Below, piece by piece: positions 1-14,499 of a stretch of DNA of 64,000 nt (positions within the stretch are counted from its first letter, which is position 1; each line of letters starts with the position of its first letter). Below the pieces are notes generated by a model. It was not told the DNA's origin, ran no database searches, and worked only from the letters and a program-made list of their open reading frames with translations. The position numbers and the translations under genes were made by a program. Source of the stretch: the human T2T-CHM13v2.0 reference genome, Homo sapiens; assembly GCF_009914755.1 (NCBI RefSeq), contig NC_060926.1. One strand, written 5' to 3'.

Positions 1-2047
1 CATGATCCTTCCCGGTGAACTATCTCATTTCTTCAGAATAAAAATTTCTTTATTTTGTTTCATCTAAATCATATGAAACAACTCTAAAGCCTATTAGCCT
101 TCAGCTCCTTTCAAGGGGCTCCAAATTGCCCTCAGACTCATTCATTTACTTTACTAAATGCCACTGAGACAGTCACTGATAAATTTTATTTTGTTAAGAT
201 TTTACTTTTGTTAAAAATATTTTAAGAGTTTTAAATATATATTATATATAAATATATAGTGTGTGTTTGTGTGTGAATAAACAAGGGGATTCAAATTTTT
301 TAATCCCTGCCTTTTGTTTCTTCCTGATCACTATCTTTCTAAATGTATCATTAAAAGTAAAATGCGAAAATATTTTTCTACTGTGAAGTTGTTTTTGATT
401 AGCATATGGATTATTATTATTATTCTAACATAGAGTTCTCACCACTATAGCTCTTGCTTTTTAATTCATATCCAACAGGTAGTCTTTTTTAAAAAACTTA
501 TTTAGGTATTTGCCCCTCTGAATGAACTAATATTTCAGACATAATTCTGCAACTTTTTACTTGACTCTATTAAATGTCATCTTCATTTGCAGCCACAATT
601 CTAGATTCTCGAGATGTTTGTATATTAACTCTATATTCTGAAGCAATAGCTCTCTTTTAAGCTTTATGTTATGAAAAATAAATATGCTTCCTTCTGCATC
701 TCTTAATCCAAGCCATTTACAAAAACTCTGTGCAGAAATGAGAGAACGGAAGCCCACATCATACCATATCAAGTATGCTTCTTCTCTAGTACACATTGAT
801 CAAATGTCTCTAGGTGCATTTCATTGGAGACACATTTATCTTACATGAATCACATCATGTATTCTCTGCAAATAGGAGCTGGAGAATTGAGAGAGGTAGA
901 GAATAGGAGAGGACACTGTAAATAATAGAGGCTATTCTTCCCTACATTCTATTCAATTGATGCTTACCTTGTGATTTGGTTCTCATGAAATTACTATTTT
1001 TATATCGTTCTTAGTTTGATCATTTTGTCAAGCTGAGTGTGATTTTAGTTAAAATTTTTTTTGATATGCAATATAGCTCATAAACATGAGCCAAACTTCT
1101 TCATATAATGCTCAATCATAGAAAAAATGATTAGTTTCATAGCTGGAGGAAAAACTGCCTGTATTGTTCTTATTGGGACACATTAAAAACAATTTCAAGG
1201 GCAATTTTGACTGCACATTACTACTATGCTACAAATAAGATATGAAACCTTTAAGATATGACTCGTCTTAACTGTCCCATAATTTAACCTACAATCTCTA
1301 TCTTATCAATAAAGATAGGATGTGTAATTTCTGATGGGAATCAAGAAGTATTATTTTGCTTTTTCTTAATCTCCCAAACTAGAAACATTCCTTTAAAATG
1401 AAGTTAGTGAAATGTTACTTGTTATCTGTAGTAACAGATAGCCTATCCTTTTCTATTTCTATGTGATCACAAATTTTATTTTGTAACCCATCTATCTTTT
1501 AATATATTCTAGAATTCCCTTAACATTGTGTAGATTTTCCCATGTTCAGATATTCTGGCTTGAATTCAGGGGGCAATAATAGATACTCCTTAAGTGTGGT
1601 TTTAGTTCTTATCCTGCAAAGTGCTTAGCACCAGTCTTTCCAATTTCTGCTCCTGCAGCTTCTCCTCTTCATAAACCAAATTTCATAGTGCCTTCAAGGT
1701 CCAGGCAAAGATTCAGCATTTTCATAACGTTTTCTCTGAATAGTAATGCCCTATGGTAAGAATTTCCTCTCATAATGTACTCATCATGTGTAAAATAATC
1801 ATTCACTATTAAAACAAATGTTGTTTTATAATTGTTCCTGTATTTATTCAGTAAATATGCAGTGAACATTTACTATAATCCAAGCATGTTAGGTACTGTG
1901 ATAGAACAGTAGCAAAATAAAGTCTCTTACAGTCTAGTCTAATTGTAATGGTAGTACATTTAAAATGTATCCACAGTCAAGTAAAGTGTGGTTTAATATA
2001 GAGAAGGCCTGGATTCCATAAGAGCATGCATATTGTTTTCTTTGATT

Positions 2048-2202
2048 CTACATTGGAATCACCCTAAAACGTTTTAAAACACACCAGTGCCTTGGTCTAA
2101 TGTATGTATTCTTATTTACTTGGTGTAGAACAGACCTGAGACATGAGTATGATGAAGGTGCCCTAGGTAATTCTAATATACAGCTAGAGTTGAGAGCTAC
2201 TG
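2048..2202. mobile_element. MER5-type hAT-Charlie non-autonomous DNA transposon fossil
   Basis: CATTGGAATCACC near the start and GGTAATTCTAATATACAGCTAGAGTTGAGAGCTACTG at the end resemble the MER5A termini (recalled consensus); boundaries approximate. Confidence 0.6.
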
Positions 2203-2337
2203 GGCCTCACTTCTGCTGAAGCCTGCTGCAGAGGCTTAGTTTACTGGATGCTCACACGTGCCCCTCTGGCCAACCATCAGTACCTTATTGGGCTTATTGG
2301 GCTTTTCCACCTTTCAGCAAAAATGGTAATAGTCAAC

Positions 2338-2340
<3 letters not shown>

Positions 2341-2368
<28 letters not shown>
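2341..2368. repeat. poly(T)28 mononucleotide run
   Basis: 28 consecutive T read directly. Confidence 0.98.
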
Positions 2369-2373
<5 letters not shown>

Positions 2374-4134
2374 GGCTTGCTTTTATCCTCATTTTTTTGG
2401 TAGGATCTTTGGTACTACCAGTAAGGAATAAACCTGTGGATGCTCTGCTTCATAGCTGCCAGGAATAGCAGCCTTTGGAATTCTTCATTTATAAGTCATC
2501 TAATCAATTGAAGATCAGGCATCTGTAATCTTCATCCTCAGATAATGAATAACATCCATTTTATTTCTTTTACCAGCCCCTTTCAGTGTGATATGTTGGC
2601 CGTTAAGCTTTGTCTCCAGCTTTTCTCTAATTTTAAAGATGGTTTTCTGAGTCCAGCAATAATTTTTAATTTTTTTGAGTAAAAAATAAGAAATTCTGTG
2701 TGTATGATAGATAGAAAAGGATGAATAGTGTTGCTAATTAACCAGATCCACGCTACCAAAGAAAAAATTGGAGGCATTTATGCCAAGTCAGGCCAAAAAT
2801 AATATTGTTTAAGGTACACAAGTAATTGAAGAATCAAGTTTTTCCTCCATCTGCCATGTATCTGGGTAATTGCCTTATTTCCCCACCATTTATCACACTT
2901 TCCTTTTAATTTTGCTGCATAAACATCATGGCCTTACCTTTTGTAGTATTGTTTTTTTCTTTAACTACATACTGATCAAAGGTTTAAAAAAACATGACTA
3001 TAATCAGCATCATTACTTAAAAGGTAAAATTATTAAAATATAGTAATTCACTAGATAGGACAACGCAATTCAAAGCACCAAAAAGATAACAGGTTTAGCA
3101 AAACGGGCATATGTTAGTGATTATGCAATCATTTATTTCCCACAGATTTCTTTTTATAGGAAACTTCGGAAAATCCCAGAAGAACTGACCGAGTCATTTA
3201 AACCACAACAGGTTTCTTTCAACATCAAAACCATGGGTACGAGTGGGCGAGGAATTTTTTTTTTTTAAGGCAGGGACAGCCTGGTTCTGACCGTGCAAAG
3301 CTGTGGCTTTGCCTCCTATGGGCGCCTTGTGAGCAGCAGATCCGACTTCCTCCTCAAACCAAGTTATCCTGAAAACACCCAAGCAGAGGAAGCATTTTTT
3401 CACCATGACATGGGAAAGGGCCACAGGGATCCAAATGGAAACGGACATTTCATGTGAGTGACTGTGTCTACCCCACCTTGGCTTCTTGCCTAATGCAACA
3501 GACACTTAGGTGGCTGAAGAGGGAAATTTTTGTTAAAGTGAATCCAGCTCTGAGTTGGACACACAGCTTTTTGACTGGCGGCCGAGTTCCTTGTGCTAGC
3601 TGGCAAAATTAGCAAATTTTTCTTTTAGTTGTTGTTACTGGGTTTTTGAAAATGCCTCATTTCCTGGTAGCAGTTTTCTTTCTCTAGGAGATAAAGGGAA
3701 AGATCTCTTCTATCTACACCACATTAACACTTCTATCATCTTATAAACTATTTTCTCAACCAGGCATCCCCTGAAGACTCACTCTGGCAGTCCATGGCCT
3801 CGTGACAGCTGGCTTATAGCCATATGGTCTCAGAAAAGTCCTCCCTTCCTTGAGTGTGTGTGTTGATGGGAGTCTGTTTGCCATCATCAGAAGGTTCATT
3901 GTATGTGTATGACTATGGGGCTGTATGTGTGTGTATGTGTGTGTGTGTGCATAAGGGGTGTGCAGAGTGCCTAGTTGTAAGCTTTAAAGCATTCTCAAAT
4001 AATACAATAGAGAAAACTAGACACTACAGTGACACTACTTCCCCTGTTGCTTCCTAGGGAGTAACATGTAATCTCTTGTGATGGGCCAACTATTATATTG
4101 ATGTCATACACATCACTGTGTTAATATGAAATAG

Positions 4135-4560
4135 GCAGTCTTTTACACTGGTGGCAGAGTGAATTTACACAATCTTTCTGGATGGCATTGTAGTACTACA
4201 AGTCAAGAACTTTAAAATTGTCATATTAGGAATTGATTTTAAGGTCATGTTCGTAGGTGTACACTAAGATTCATTAGGTAAGATTTTTGTTGCCAGAGAA
4301 AAAGTGAAAACAACTTAAATGTCCAACAGCAGGAGAACAGTTAATCAGCTACAGCATGTTCATCTAATTAAAGATTTTGCAGTTGTGTTTTTAAAGAATA
4401 TCCAATGATATGGGGATAAGGTTTTAACTAATGTAGAGTGAAGGGAAAAAAGAATAAGAAACTAACACAGTTTTGTGGCAACTTCCTTTAAATATATATG
4501 TATTCTTCTATAGAGTAAATCACTAACAGCAAATATACTAAAGTTGTAGCAGTGATTTTC
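4135..4560 (+). mobile_element. old L1M (L1ME-like) 3' fragment
   Basis: AAACAACTTAAATGTCCAACAGCAGGAGAACAGTTAATCAG resembles the L1M ORF2-end motif AAACAACCTAAATGTCCATCAATAGGGGAATGGTTAAATAA; boundaries approximate. Confidence 0.55.
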
Positions 4561-4581
4561 TCTATAGATTGGCATTCCATG

Positions 4582-4632
4582 TAGGATGGACGGATAGATA
4601 GATAGATGACAGATAGGCTAGATAGATAGATA
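4582..4632. repeat. degenerate (GATA)n/(GGAT)n simple repeat
   Basis: GGATGGACGGATAGATAGATAGATGACAGATAGGCTAGATAGATAGATA. Confidence 0.8.
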
Positions 4633-4838
4633 TTATATAGAGAAAACTTTTTCTTGTAATGAGGAAAATGCAATTTATTAGACATATAAAAGAAAAATGT
4701 TTACCCAATCTATAAATATTTCAAAGTATGAACATATCTAATGTTAAAATATATTTAATAAAACATTTTTCTTTCATAGGTCTAACCACCACAGAAGAGA
4801 AATTGTTTAAACCCCAATAAGAAATCCTAGATAGGGCA

Positions 4839-5142
<304 letters not shown>

Positions 5143-6639
5143 AAGAAATCCTAGGCAGGGCAGAGGTTTAGAGACCAACTAGTCACGCTCACTACTTTCA
5201 CAGTAAAGAAACAAGAAGCACAGAGAGGTGATATTTCGTCTATTGTAGTTGTAGCTGGTTTATGATAAAGTCAGAACATGTCCTAGCACAAGTCCATTCC
5301 AAGAAACTGAATGCATATAATTCTTAATGTTGTTCTTTGTTTACATTAAGTCATTGATTTTGACTTGAGTTTTGATAATTTGGTTGGCATATTTACCCAC
5401 CAAATGCTCAACTGTCTCTTGTATTGTGGTTCATTTAATCTTCTGAATTCAAAAAGATTAACACAACATTGACAGTAGCCTTACACTTTATGCGGACAAT
5501 GTCTGACCAGCCTTGATATGTAGCAGGAGTTTCTGTGTTTGAACCTGTAGCTATTTATGCATTTGCGTTTTAACATGGATGATGTTGAATTACAGACTGC
5601 TTAATCAAAAATGCAAGGAAAATAAACCAAAATAAATGATTTTCGATCCAGTAAGACAAGTTCTTTTAGTAAGGTATTTTTTTTTCCTACACGAAGTACA
5701 GAACCTTGTAAGAATTCAATAAATACTTGTTGACTGCATTAATAAATGCATGATGTTTGGAAGCACTTCCCTGGTGGTATAGAATTATAATAGTTAGAAT
5801 TGGCTGCAACATTTAAATAATTCTTTAAATTGATGGAATTGAGATGTCCTGAATTACAAGAATAGATTATTTTGGTTTAAACTCTTCTATTTCACAATAT
5901 GTAGGTCTTATGTTACAAATATTAACTATGAAAACATTACATAATATTACCTGGTATTCCAACCTTCTCACAATTGAGACAGTGAATATTTACAATTTCT
6001 AAGTAGAGAATATTTAAGGTAATAAGTTCTGAATAATATTTATTAACTATATTTAAATGATCCATCTGTTTATTAAAAACTTAAGTCTTTTGGAAATCAC
6101 TTTATAAATGCAATTTTAATTCTTTACCATATCCATAGACCACTGCTTTCTTAAGAAAAGAGATTAAATGATTCAGGTTTAGAGAAACAAATTACTGTGC
6201 TAATCTTCAGGTATTTCTCTTCTTGATGCAGCCGCTAATGTCTAATCGGAGCAGCACAGGCCCTATCACAGTAGTTTTTTCATTAGTGCTCCACTGACTT
6301 ATTTGTACAGGATTTCAAATCTGGTGTAAGAGACATACTAACCTTTAGCATTCATACAAAGCTTTCAGAAACCCACTGGCTCTTCTAAAATAACCCACAG
6401 AATCGGCCTTCTGCAGACTTAGGTGGTGCCACCATTCAGAAAGACTCCAAATGTAATACTGGAGCGAATGGTGGCATTTATAGACTTGTTTTTAAGGTTC
6501 CTAGAAATAAAGAGCCAGGTTTCCCTATGACATGAACTATTGAGAAGCCCGGAGGAGGATGGGTGGATCTGTCCCACAGTGGTAAGGTGTTTAGCTCGAC
6601 CTGATTTTTTTTTTCTTACAAAATTGGTAAGTATAACTT

Positions 6640-6858
6640 AAAAGCCAGGTTTCCAGCTTTCTTTGATAGTTGGAGATCTGACAAAACTGGGTTCTCTTCC
6701 TCTCTTGGCACTAACCTGCTCGTGCTGGGTAGAGGCTGCCTCTAGATGAGGCAGGTGCCCTTTAATTTGCCACACTCTGCCTCTGCCCTTGCCTGCTTCA
6801 TGCATCTATTAATACATTTCCTGCTCTGTCAGTATGGACATTATTTTTTAACCTCTGT
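6640..6858 (-). mobile_element. MER102-like hAT-Charlie DNA transposon fossil
   Basis: CCAGGTTTCCAGCTTTC...AGATCTGACAAAACTGGG...GGCTGCCTCTAGATGAGGCAGGTGC...TTTGCCACA follows the reverse complement of the recalled MER102 consensus. Confidence 0.65.
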
Positions 6859-7059
6859 CAAAGAACGAAAGCATTGTTGGTGCTTCCTTCTGCTCTAGGT
6901 GTGTTTCATAACTTGACTCAACATTTAATTCCATATTGCATTAGAAAGTACACTGAAATTTCAATAGGTAAATTTCTTTTATATCTTTTTAAGTCTGAAT
7001 TATTATAAATGTTCTGCATTTATTTTATATATTTTTTTCTGCTTTTAAGGAAACGATGA

Positions 7060-7315
7060 AAGTCTTCCTAACCAGTCTTTCTCGCTATTGCAGTCTTCGT
7101 TGCTCTCCCTGTTTTCTGAACTCTTATAGCATTTATTCTCTCTACCTAATAATTTAGCTCTTAAGATTGGCTCTATGATGTTCTAAAATTCTATTGAATG
7201 TGTTAAACCTTTTTCTCCATGACGGGCAGAGATAATGCCTTTTACTTTCCTGCTGTCGTAGAGCCTAGCAAAGTTCTGATACACAGCAGATCTGAAGTAT
7301 GCTTATTGGTTAAGT
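7060..7315 (+). mobile_element. degenerate L2 3' fragment
   Basis: GGGCAGAGATAATGCC...GAGCCTAGCAAAGTTCTGATACACAGCAG resembles the L2 3' end. Confidence 0.45.
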
Positions 7316-9244
7316 ATTTTCCAATTTCATACGATTTAACCTAAAACATTAATTTTCTTTAGCACAAAAATCATGTATATGGCAAGTCAAATAATACCAA
7401 TTTCTTTTTCATGTCTTTAAAAAAGAAGTATTTCTAACAAATGCATAATGTAAAAATCTAAGTTCTTGCCCTGAATTTCTATTGCCTTATACATTTCTTC
7501 TTACCACTACTGAGGCAGTGTTGTCCTCTTTTAATTTCTCTATTAACTTTAATTAGGCTCATGAGTTTGCTGGCCAGGTGGGTTTTCCCCAAACAGTCAC
7601 AACTCCATATTCCAGGCTAGCAATAGACTTACATTAAGCTGCAGATTTGAAGCAGAATCTAACATTATAAGCTGTAGAAGGTGCCAGTGCCACCACAGCT
7701 CATTTTGTCCACTGAGGATTTCAGCAGGCAGCACTTTTAATAAGCCAGGCTCGGCATTTTTCAAGGAATACTTTGGGATCCATTTTTGAAAGCAATATTG
7801 GTTATGATTCCATTGCTGGAAGATTTCCGAGAAAATAACGTTTGTCCTCTTGAAAGTATGCTTGGTTCATACAGCATGAAGAATACAAACAGTTCTGAGC
7901 AACGGGTTCTAAATTTTACCATAACATATCTCTCACAGGTAATTTTCCAACCGCATTGTAATGGGAGCATGATAGAGTAGTAAGAATTAGTTCCATTTTA
8001 ATCTTTTATTTTATTTTATTTTGTCTTTTAAGAAACATATACTTGCCTACGTCACTTATATATTTTAGTGCATTAACATAGATGTTGTTTGTAAGTTTCT
8101 TATGAAAAATAGTTACAAAGAAACAAAACAGAACTGAAAAGCTTCCTGTGATTCTACAGGGCATTAGATCGTCTCAGGTACTGGCTGCTGGTTTAATAAA
8201 AGGATAGGATTTCCATTTACTCCAGGCAGGCTTAATGTATTGTTCTCGGAGTGAGACAGTCAGAATGAGTCAGGAGCCAAAGAATACACTTTATAGACAC
8301 AAATAATCGTAAATTCAGAATGTCACCTTTAGGCAGAGGCATTTTTATTATTGTTAGTGGAGCTGCTGAGTAGGTTTGATGTTTTATTCTCTTGAGGACT
8401 CAATGTTCCCGAGTCCTGGAGCCCTGTCTTTATCAGGCTCGCAAGGAGGGAGCCCAGCCAAACTTGCTTCCTATACTTCTCTATGATTGATAGCAGATGG
8501 CATGCTTTAAAATAAACCTATCCATTAGCAGTCCTCAGTGTTTTTACTCAAGGCATTTACAACTGTCTCAAGCAGAAAACACATTCACTCCATGAGCTAG
8601 TTTCAGTCCACAACAGCTGTACAGGTGCAAATCTCTCATTAACTCTTAAATAGTAGTAAAATAAACAATGGCTTTTCTCTTACTTTCTTTAAGGGAGTAT
8701 ACTTCAAAGCTGCCGTGGAATTACTCTCCTCCACAATGGAGCTTCAATGGATGGAGGTTTATTAAAACTGAGCTATATTATGCAATGATATGCTTGTCCC
8801 AGGAATTCATATCTTATGTGCGTGTTACAGTTTAAAAGTTTCTTTCTATGCTCACAGATTTAGTGGTAAATTACCATTCTCACAGGGGTGTTTCTGAAGA
8901 GGCAGAAAAGAAAGGAAAACTCAGCAAGTGTCCCCAGCAGGGCTCAGGTGCCTGGTTTCATGCCTCTGAACTCAACATGTCATGGTGTCATCCTCCTCAC
9001 CTCCCTCTTCCTGCTCGCAAAGAGAGTGTTCATGCTGAGCTTTTACCAGTATGATGAGTTAATGGTTTATTTTTAGGCAGCCAGTGGATTTCCTTGCATA
9101 TTGGTAATTAGACAAAAGCAAAGTCATTTTCAAAATTAATTTTTTACCGATACTGAACACAGGTGAGAGGGTTGGCCTCAGGACTTTGATTTGCACTCAA
9201 GGGGAGGAAAAAAAGCTTTGTCATTTGAAGAGTATAATTGTTCA

Positions 9245-9370
9245 AACAGAACTTACCTTGTGCCAGGTGTTGTTCTACAGGCTTACAAAAGTTAACTTAT
9301 TTAATTTTATCAATAACTCTTGAAGAAACTAGTGATAATCCTAGTTTTACAGTTGAGTAAGCCACTGTGT
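9245..9370 (-). mobile_element. MIR fragment
   Basis: TGTGCCAGGTGTTGTTCTA...TTATTTAAT...TTTTACAGTTGAGTAA resembles the antisense MIR core. Confidence 0.55.
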
Positions 9371-9439
9371 GCTGTTATCTTTGTTATAATAAAAAGTGAG
9401 ACCCTAATCAGAGTATTTCCTGAAAGGGGGACTTAAGAG

Positions 9440-9710
9440 ACTGGATTCAGAGGCTTTAGTGCTGGTTTTCAAATTCTTGCTTCAGCAGTTACTCCGTATG
9501 ACTGTGACATAATAGCATAATATTGGACTGCCCTCTCTCTCAGGGTCCTCAGTTATTATTTTATAACCTTACTTTGGCCTAGAATTGGCCCTAATATGGC
9601 TGTTGTGATGATTGGATAAATTAGTGTTTGTATAATGCTTAGAACAGTACCTGGTACTCAGAATGTGCTATGTAAGTTTTAGCTTTTGTGTCATCATCAC
9701 CATTATTATT
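9440..9710 (+). mobile_element. MIR element
   Basis: GCTGTTGTGATGATTGGATAAATTAGTGTTTGTATAATGCTTAGAACAGTACCTGGTACTCAG is a typical MIR 3' part. Confidence 0.65.
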
Positions 9711-11304
9711 CAAGATATTAGATTGACATTAAACACTTGGTGTAAATTAGTCTTGTCTGAAATTATCTTCTATGTCTGGGACTGTATGTTTTGAAAAAAA
9801 TTAATGTCCAAACAAAACAATTCATTTGTTTTTATTTCACACTTTATTAATCAGACACATACATAGTTGCCAATCAGAGACTCTGATCAGCATGAGGTAA
9901 TAAGAGTCTTCATAGGAAATTGATAAGATTTTGCCCCAAAGCAAAGTAATTTGACATTCTAGCTTTAGTAGCCTTATTATTGGTGAATGTGCTATTCCCT
10001 TAGGCCTTCTGAAATAATGAAACTGGTTAATGGAACCCCTCATTACAGCCTTCCATGGGTCCCCATGGGCCCATGCTGCCATGATAGGTAAACCTGAGCC
10101 AAAATATCTCTTCAATGGGCAGCTGGAGAGGCAAAGCCATAAAAGTCATAAAATATGTCTCATGACTGCCCTTCCCCATGCTATTTTTAAAAAGGTAGTC
10201 TGTGTTAAAACATTTTCAACAAAGACTCACATAATAGAGGCATGCCATTGATTTCCCAATGAAGAGTATAAATAGTTCTGGGAAATATGATGGAAGAATC
10301 CAAGTACGCATGAGGTACTTCCATTGTAATGATTGTCATGGTTCTCATGTGTTTCCTCATCAGAAACCTTTTTGTAGAGACAGTTGCTTTCTTATCTTGC
10401 AAATAAGTTTCAGAATAAATATATCTGAATAAAAGGTGAAAAAGGGTTAAGTGACAAGGGGAAATAATAGGTAAAGAATAACATCTATTAGGACTGGGAT
10501 ATTTTATATTGGATATCTAGTATAGATACTAGATATCCAGTGATTACAATTGCAACAACTACTTGGTTACCCGAAATATTTCATTTGGATTTCTAAAAAG
10601 TAATTCTGTATTGGTTGTGGTTATAGAAGGTAAATGCTGGGCCAATGGGTATTCCATACTTCTTGTAAGCTTCAAGGGAATGTGGCTAGTGATTTGAGAT
10701 TACTCAAGGGCATTTTGGTGTGCAGTTTTAGGGGAAGTCGGTACATTAATGGTTCCTCTACACTTCATTACTAGTTTTAGTATTACACTGAATGGGATTA
10801 AGTCAGTTAGATTTCTAAACTCTCTAAACAGAAAGAGAGAAGCCTAAGGAAGGGGGCCTACGAAAAAGAGTATACTTGCAGAAGTAAATGTCCTACAGAG
10901 AGAAATTAAGTTTTAAGAAATGTTTTTTTTTATTTTTTTTCAGAAAGGTAGATATTAGAAGCTTGCATCGATTTATGAATATGTTTAAACACTAAGAGGT
11001 TTTTGGTAGAACGAATTGATTCATTCCATCTAGGACCATATTATTGTCGAAGTGAACTGTGTTTTCAGTACATTCATTAGTTACACAGTTAGTTTTATTT
11101 TGTAAAATTTAAAATAATTAGTATTTGGAGAGCAATGGGGGAAAGAAAATGCAGGGAACTGAGTATCAAGATACCCGCATTCTACAAAAAAAGCAACTTT
11201 GCATCTGTCTACTCTTCAGCCAAGTCCTCTCTCTCTTTATTTCTAAGAGTAAGCTCCCTATGTCTCAATTCCTCAACTGTAGACTGAGAAAGATGGACTG
11301 AATC

Positions 11305-11508
11305 AGAAAATCAAATGACTGGCAGTTGGGCTTATACCCCTCTCCCTCCCTCTACCCTGGTCATGACAGGCAGCAATCACAGACCACAGACTCTCCCTGC
11401 TGAGCCAGTGTGAGGCCTCCGAATTCCCACTGCAGTGACCCAAGCAGCCTTCCTATGGTCCTCATCACTCAAACTGAACTTGAAACGAGACATGTTGGCT
11501 AGCCCCTA
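11305..11508. mobile_element. ancient hAT-Charlie-type MITE (subfamily not assigned), next to a MIR fragment at about 11150-11300
   Basis: CATGACAGGCAGCAATCACAGACCACAGACTCTCCCTGCTGAGCC...GGCCTCCGAATTCC resembles a recalled roughly 200-bp Charlie MITE consensus. Confidence 0.45.
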
Positions 11509-12236
11509 GTCTCTAAAATTCAAATGTTCTAAATAGTCCCACTTTGAGGTGATAGCTAGGTTTAATTGGGCAGATGTGTTAAATGGATAAATAGATAAAT
11601 AGATAATTCATATTCTGGTAAATATGGCATAAATGTTGGTGTCTTTATATTGCCTTCAGTGACTGCATTCCTAGGAGGAATGCTTCCTAGTAGGAAAATT
11701 TTGACATTTTTCCGCATGAGTTGACGTATTTACTATTACATCTTTAGAAATGCTGAGCCTATTGTTTTCTTTGTGTTAGTCACTTGGCCTCTTATCCAAA
11801 ATAACCTTAAAATACTTTCTGCTGGTTTGTACCCAGTCTGTGTTCTTCAAGTTTGATCAAAAAATTGTGTTGTCAATGTTCTCTTCAATAGCTATTTATC
11901 CCTTGAGCCCCTTTCTAGAAACCATTTGTTCTAGTTTTGTTAAAAACTTGAAATTACACATTTCTGAGTAGTGCATATCTGTCTCTATTCCTTTCCAGGC
12001 CCTGTTTCATTGGAAAGTTTTAGAAGTTGCAGTGTATTCCCGACTATGGGCCACAGTTGGGTTCCTGTGCATTGTTAGTCCTATGTCAGTATAGGCAAGA
12101 GTTACCCAGAGCTTTCTAATGTGAACAGCAGCCTTTTTAAAATCATAAAATTATATTTAGCTTATGAAATGTCACTGATAAATGTTTAACCTATTGAATT
12201 ATCTAAAATGATAGCAATTTCTTAAACACATATTGA

Positions 12237-12507
<271 letters not shown>

Positions 12508-14050
12508 TAACACTTTACATTTTGTGGGGTGCTTTTCTGTTCCAGTTGCCAGCATTAAGAAAATGTGGTCTTGTGAATATGATTGTGAGTTGGAACTTAG
12601 TAGACAGATTTTGGCTCTTCCCTGATTCTATCTCTATGACTTGAGTAACAATGACCAGTGGCCACAATCAAGGTTTCAACTCTGTAAAACAGGTGTGATG
12701 TTGCTAATTTTGTTTGTGTGTGTGGTAAAAATCAGTATTATCTCAGGCTATTTGCCTTAAGCTTTTTATAAGAAGAAAGCCATAAGTAGCATGCAAGAAG
12801 CTACTGGTGATGATCATCTAGGATGTTTGTTTCTCACTCTCATGTTCCCTGACTAACAAAGAAATAATGAAATTGTCCTTGAGCCAGAGGAATGGCTGGA
12901 TGGTGGCCAAGGATTTGGGTTGAATCCCCAGTCATGTTTGACATTTGTGTTAATCAGTTGGGTTTCTTGTCACCTAGAGTAATGTTGACTTGGATATGTA
13001 TTGTTCAGCACAATGAAACAAGTAAACATTTTTAAAATGTTGAACATTTAGCAAACTGACAGTTATAGGTCTTCATATCCAAAGGCAATGAAGCATTGTT
13101 ATATGATTAAAAATAAACATAATTTGCATTGACAATAAATAAATATATACTTTAACTCATGGGAAATGTGAGTAAATCGATTAGCAGTAATTAACACATA
13201 GTACTTTAAATAATATTTTGATTGTTTAAAAAGCTAATTTTTCTATTGGACATTTACAGTGGGGCAACCAGGGCATTAATGAACCAGGTTCTGGATGGCT
13301 ATCAGTTTTGATAAAAATCAGGTCAAAAGGCTTGCTCATACAATTTCCTCTTTGAGAAATTTCCTTGTGACTAATCCCAGGAAGATTAAAAAGGAAAAAA
13401 AAAACTTTTATAATAAACAAAATAGCAATATAACTTTATATGGAACCTTTATTTTCAAGGGATCCCAGAATGCTCATAAACTGTTATTCAAACCATGCAC
13501 AGGACCACTGAAGCACAACCACACTTTGGAGCCAGAAGAGGAGCTGAAATGTCAATTGGAGAGGACTTTCCTGCTCTAAAAGGTGTGTGGTCTGCATGAC
13601 CTAGTAGGGCTTTCCTGGCTCTGATTTCTGCACGGATCTGTGGGTAGAATGCCTCTGCTTTGGAGCTGCACAGGGCTAGGCTGTATTCCTGTGGAAGATG
13701 AAAAGTGAAGCAGAATATAATAGTGGAAAGAGGAGGCATGGAATAAGGACTGTTGATGTTCCAGTCACCAAATGGCAGTGACTACACCATAGTCAACAGT
13801 GGCTTGGGCTCCTTGCCCCTGAGGTAGAACAACTCTGGACCAGGTGCTATTTGAGCCAATTTCTCTTACGGAAATTTTTGCAGGAAAAAATGTAATGCCT
13901 GTAATAACAGATTAGACTAGTTCACGCATAGGACCCTAGAATGTTACAGAGGATGGAGCTTAGAGATTATTCAGTCAAAAACCTTCATTTTGTCTTTGAG
14001 TAAATTAGAATGCTCTGAGGGAAAGTGAGAGCTACCTTAGATCAGTATCA

Positions 14051-14242
<192 letters not shown>

Positions 14243-14499
14243 TTAGTGAGTCACTAGTTACATCTCCTGTGCAATTGGAGAATGAATTCTAAAATCTTTC
14301 TAAGAGTTCTTTCAGCAATTCTGTTGACTATGAGAGATTTATGCCCTCAAAAAGCAACTTGTCTTATTGTTGGAGGTCTCCCCTTAGGAACATTCTTCAG
14401 ACTATTTATTCTTTCATTGCTTTAATATACATTTATTGAGTGTCAATTATTTGCCAGGAATTAAGCAAGGTGTTGAAACACAAAGGAGGATAAAAATAA

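Noticed and set aside
3159-3210. Possible coding exon TTTTATAG/GAAACTTCGG...CAACAG/GTTTCT (KLRKIPEELTESFKPQQ)
   Set aside because: Weak donor, no recognisable homology and no partner exons; the transcription-factor motif cluster explains the sequence at least as well
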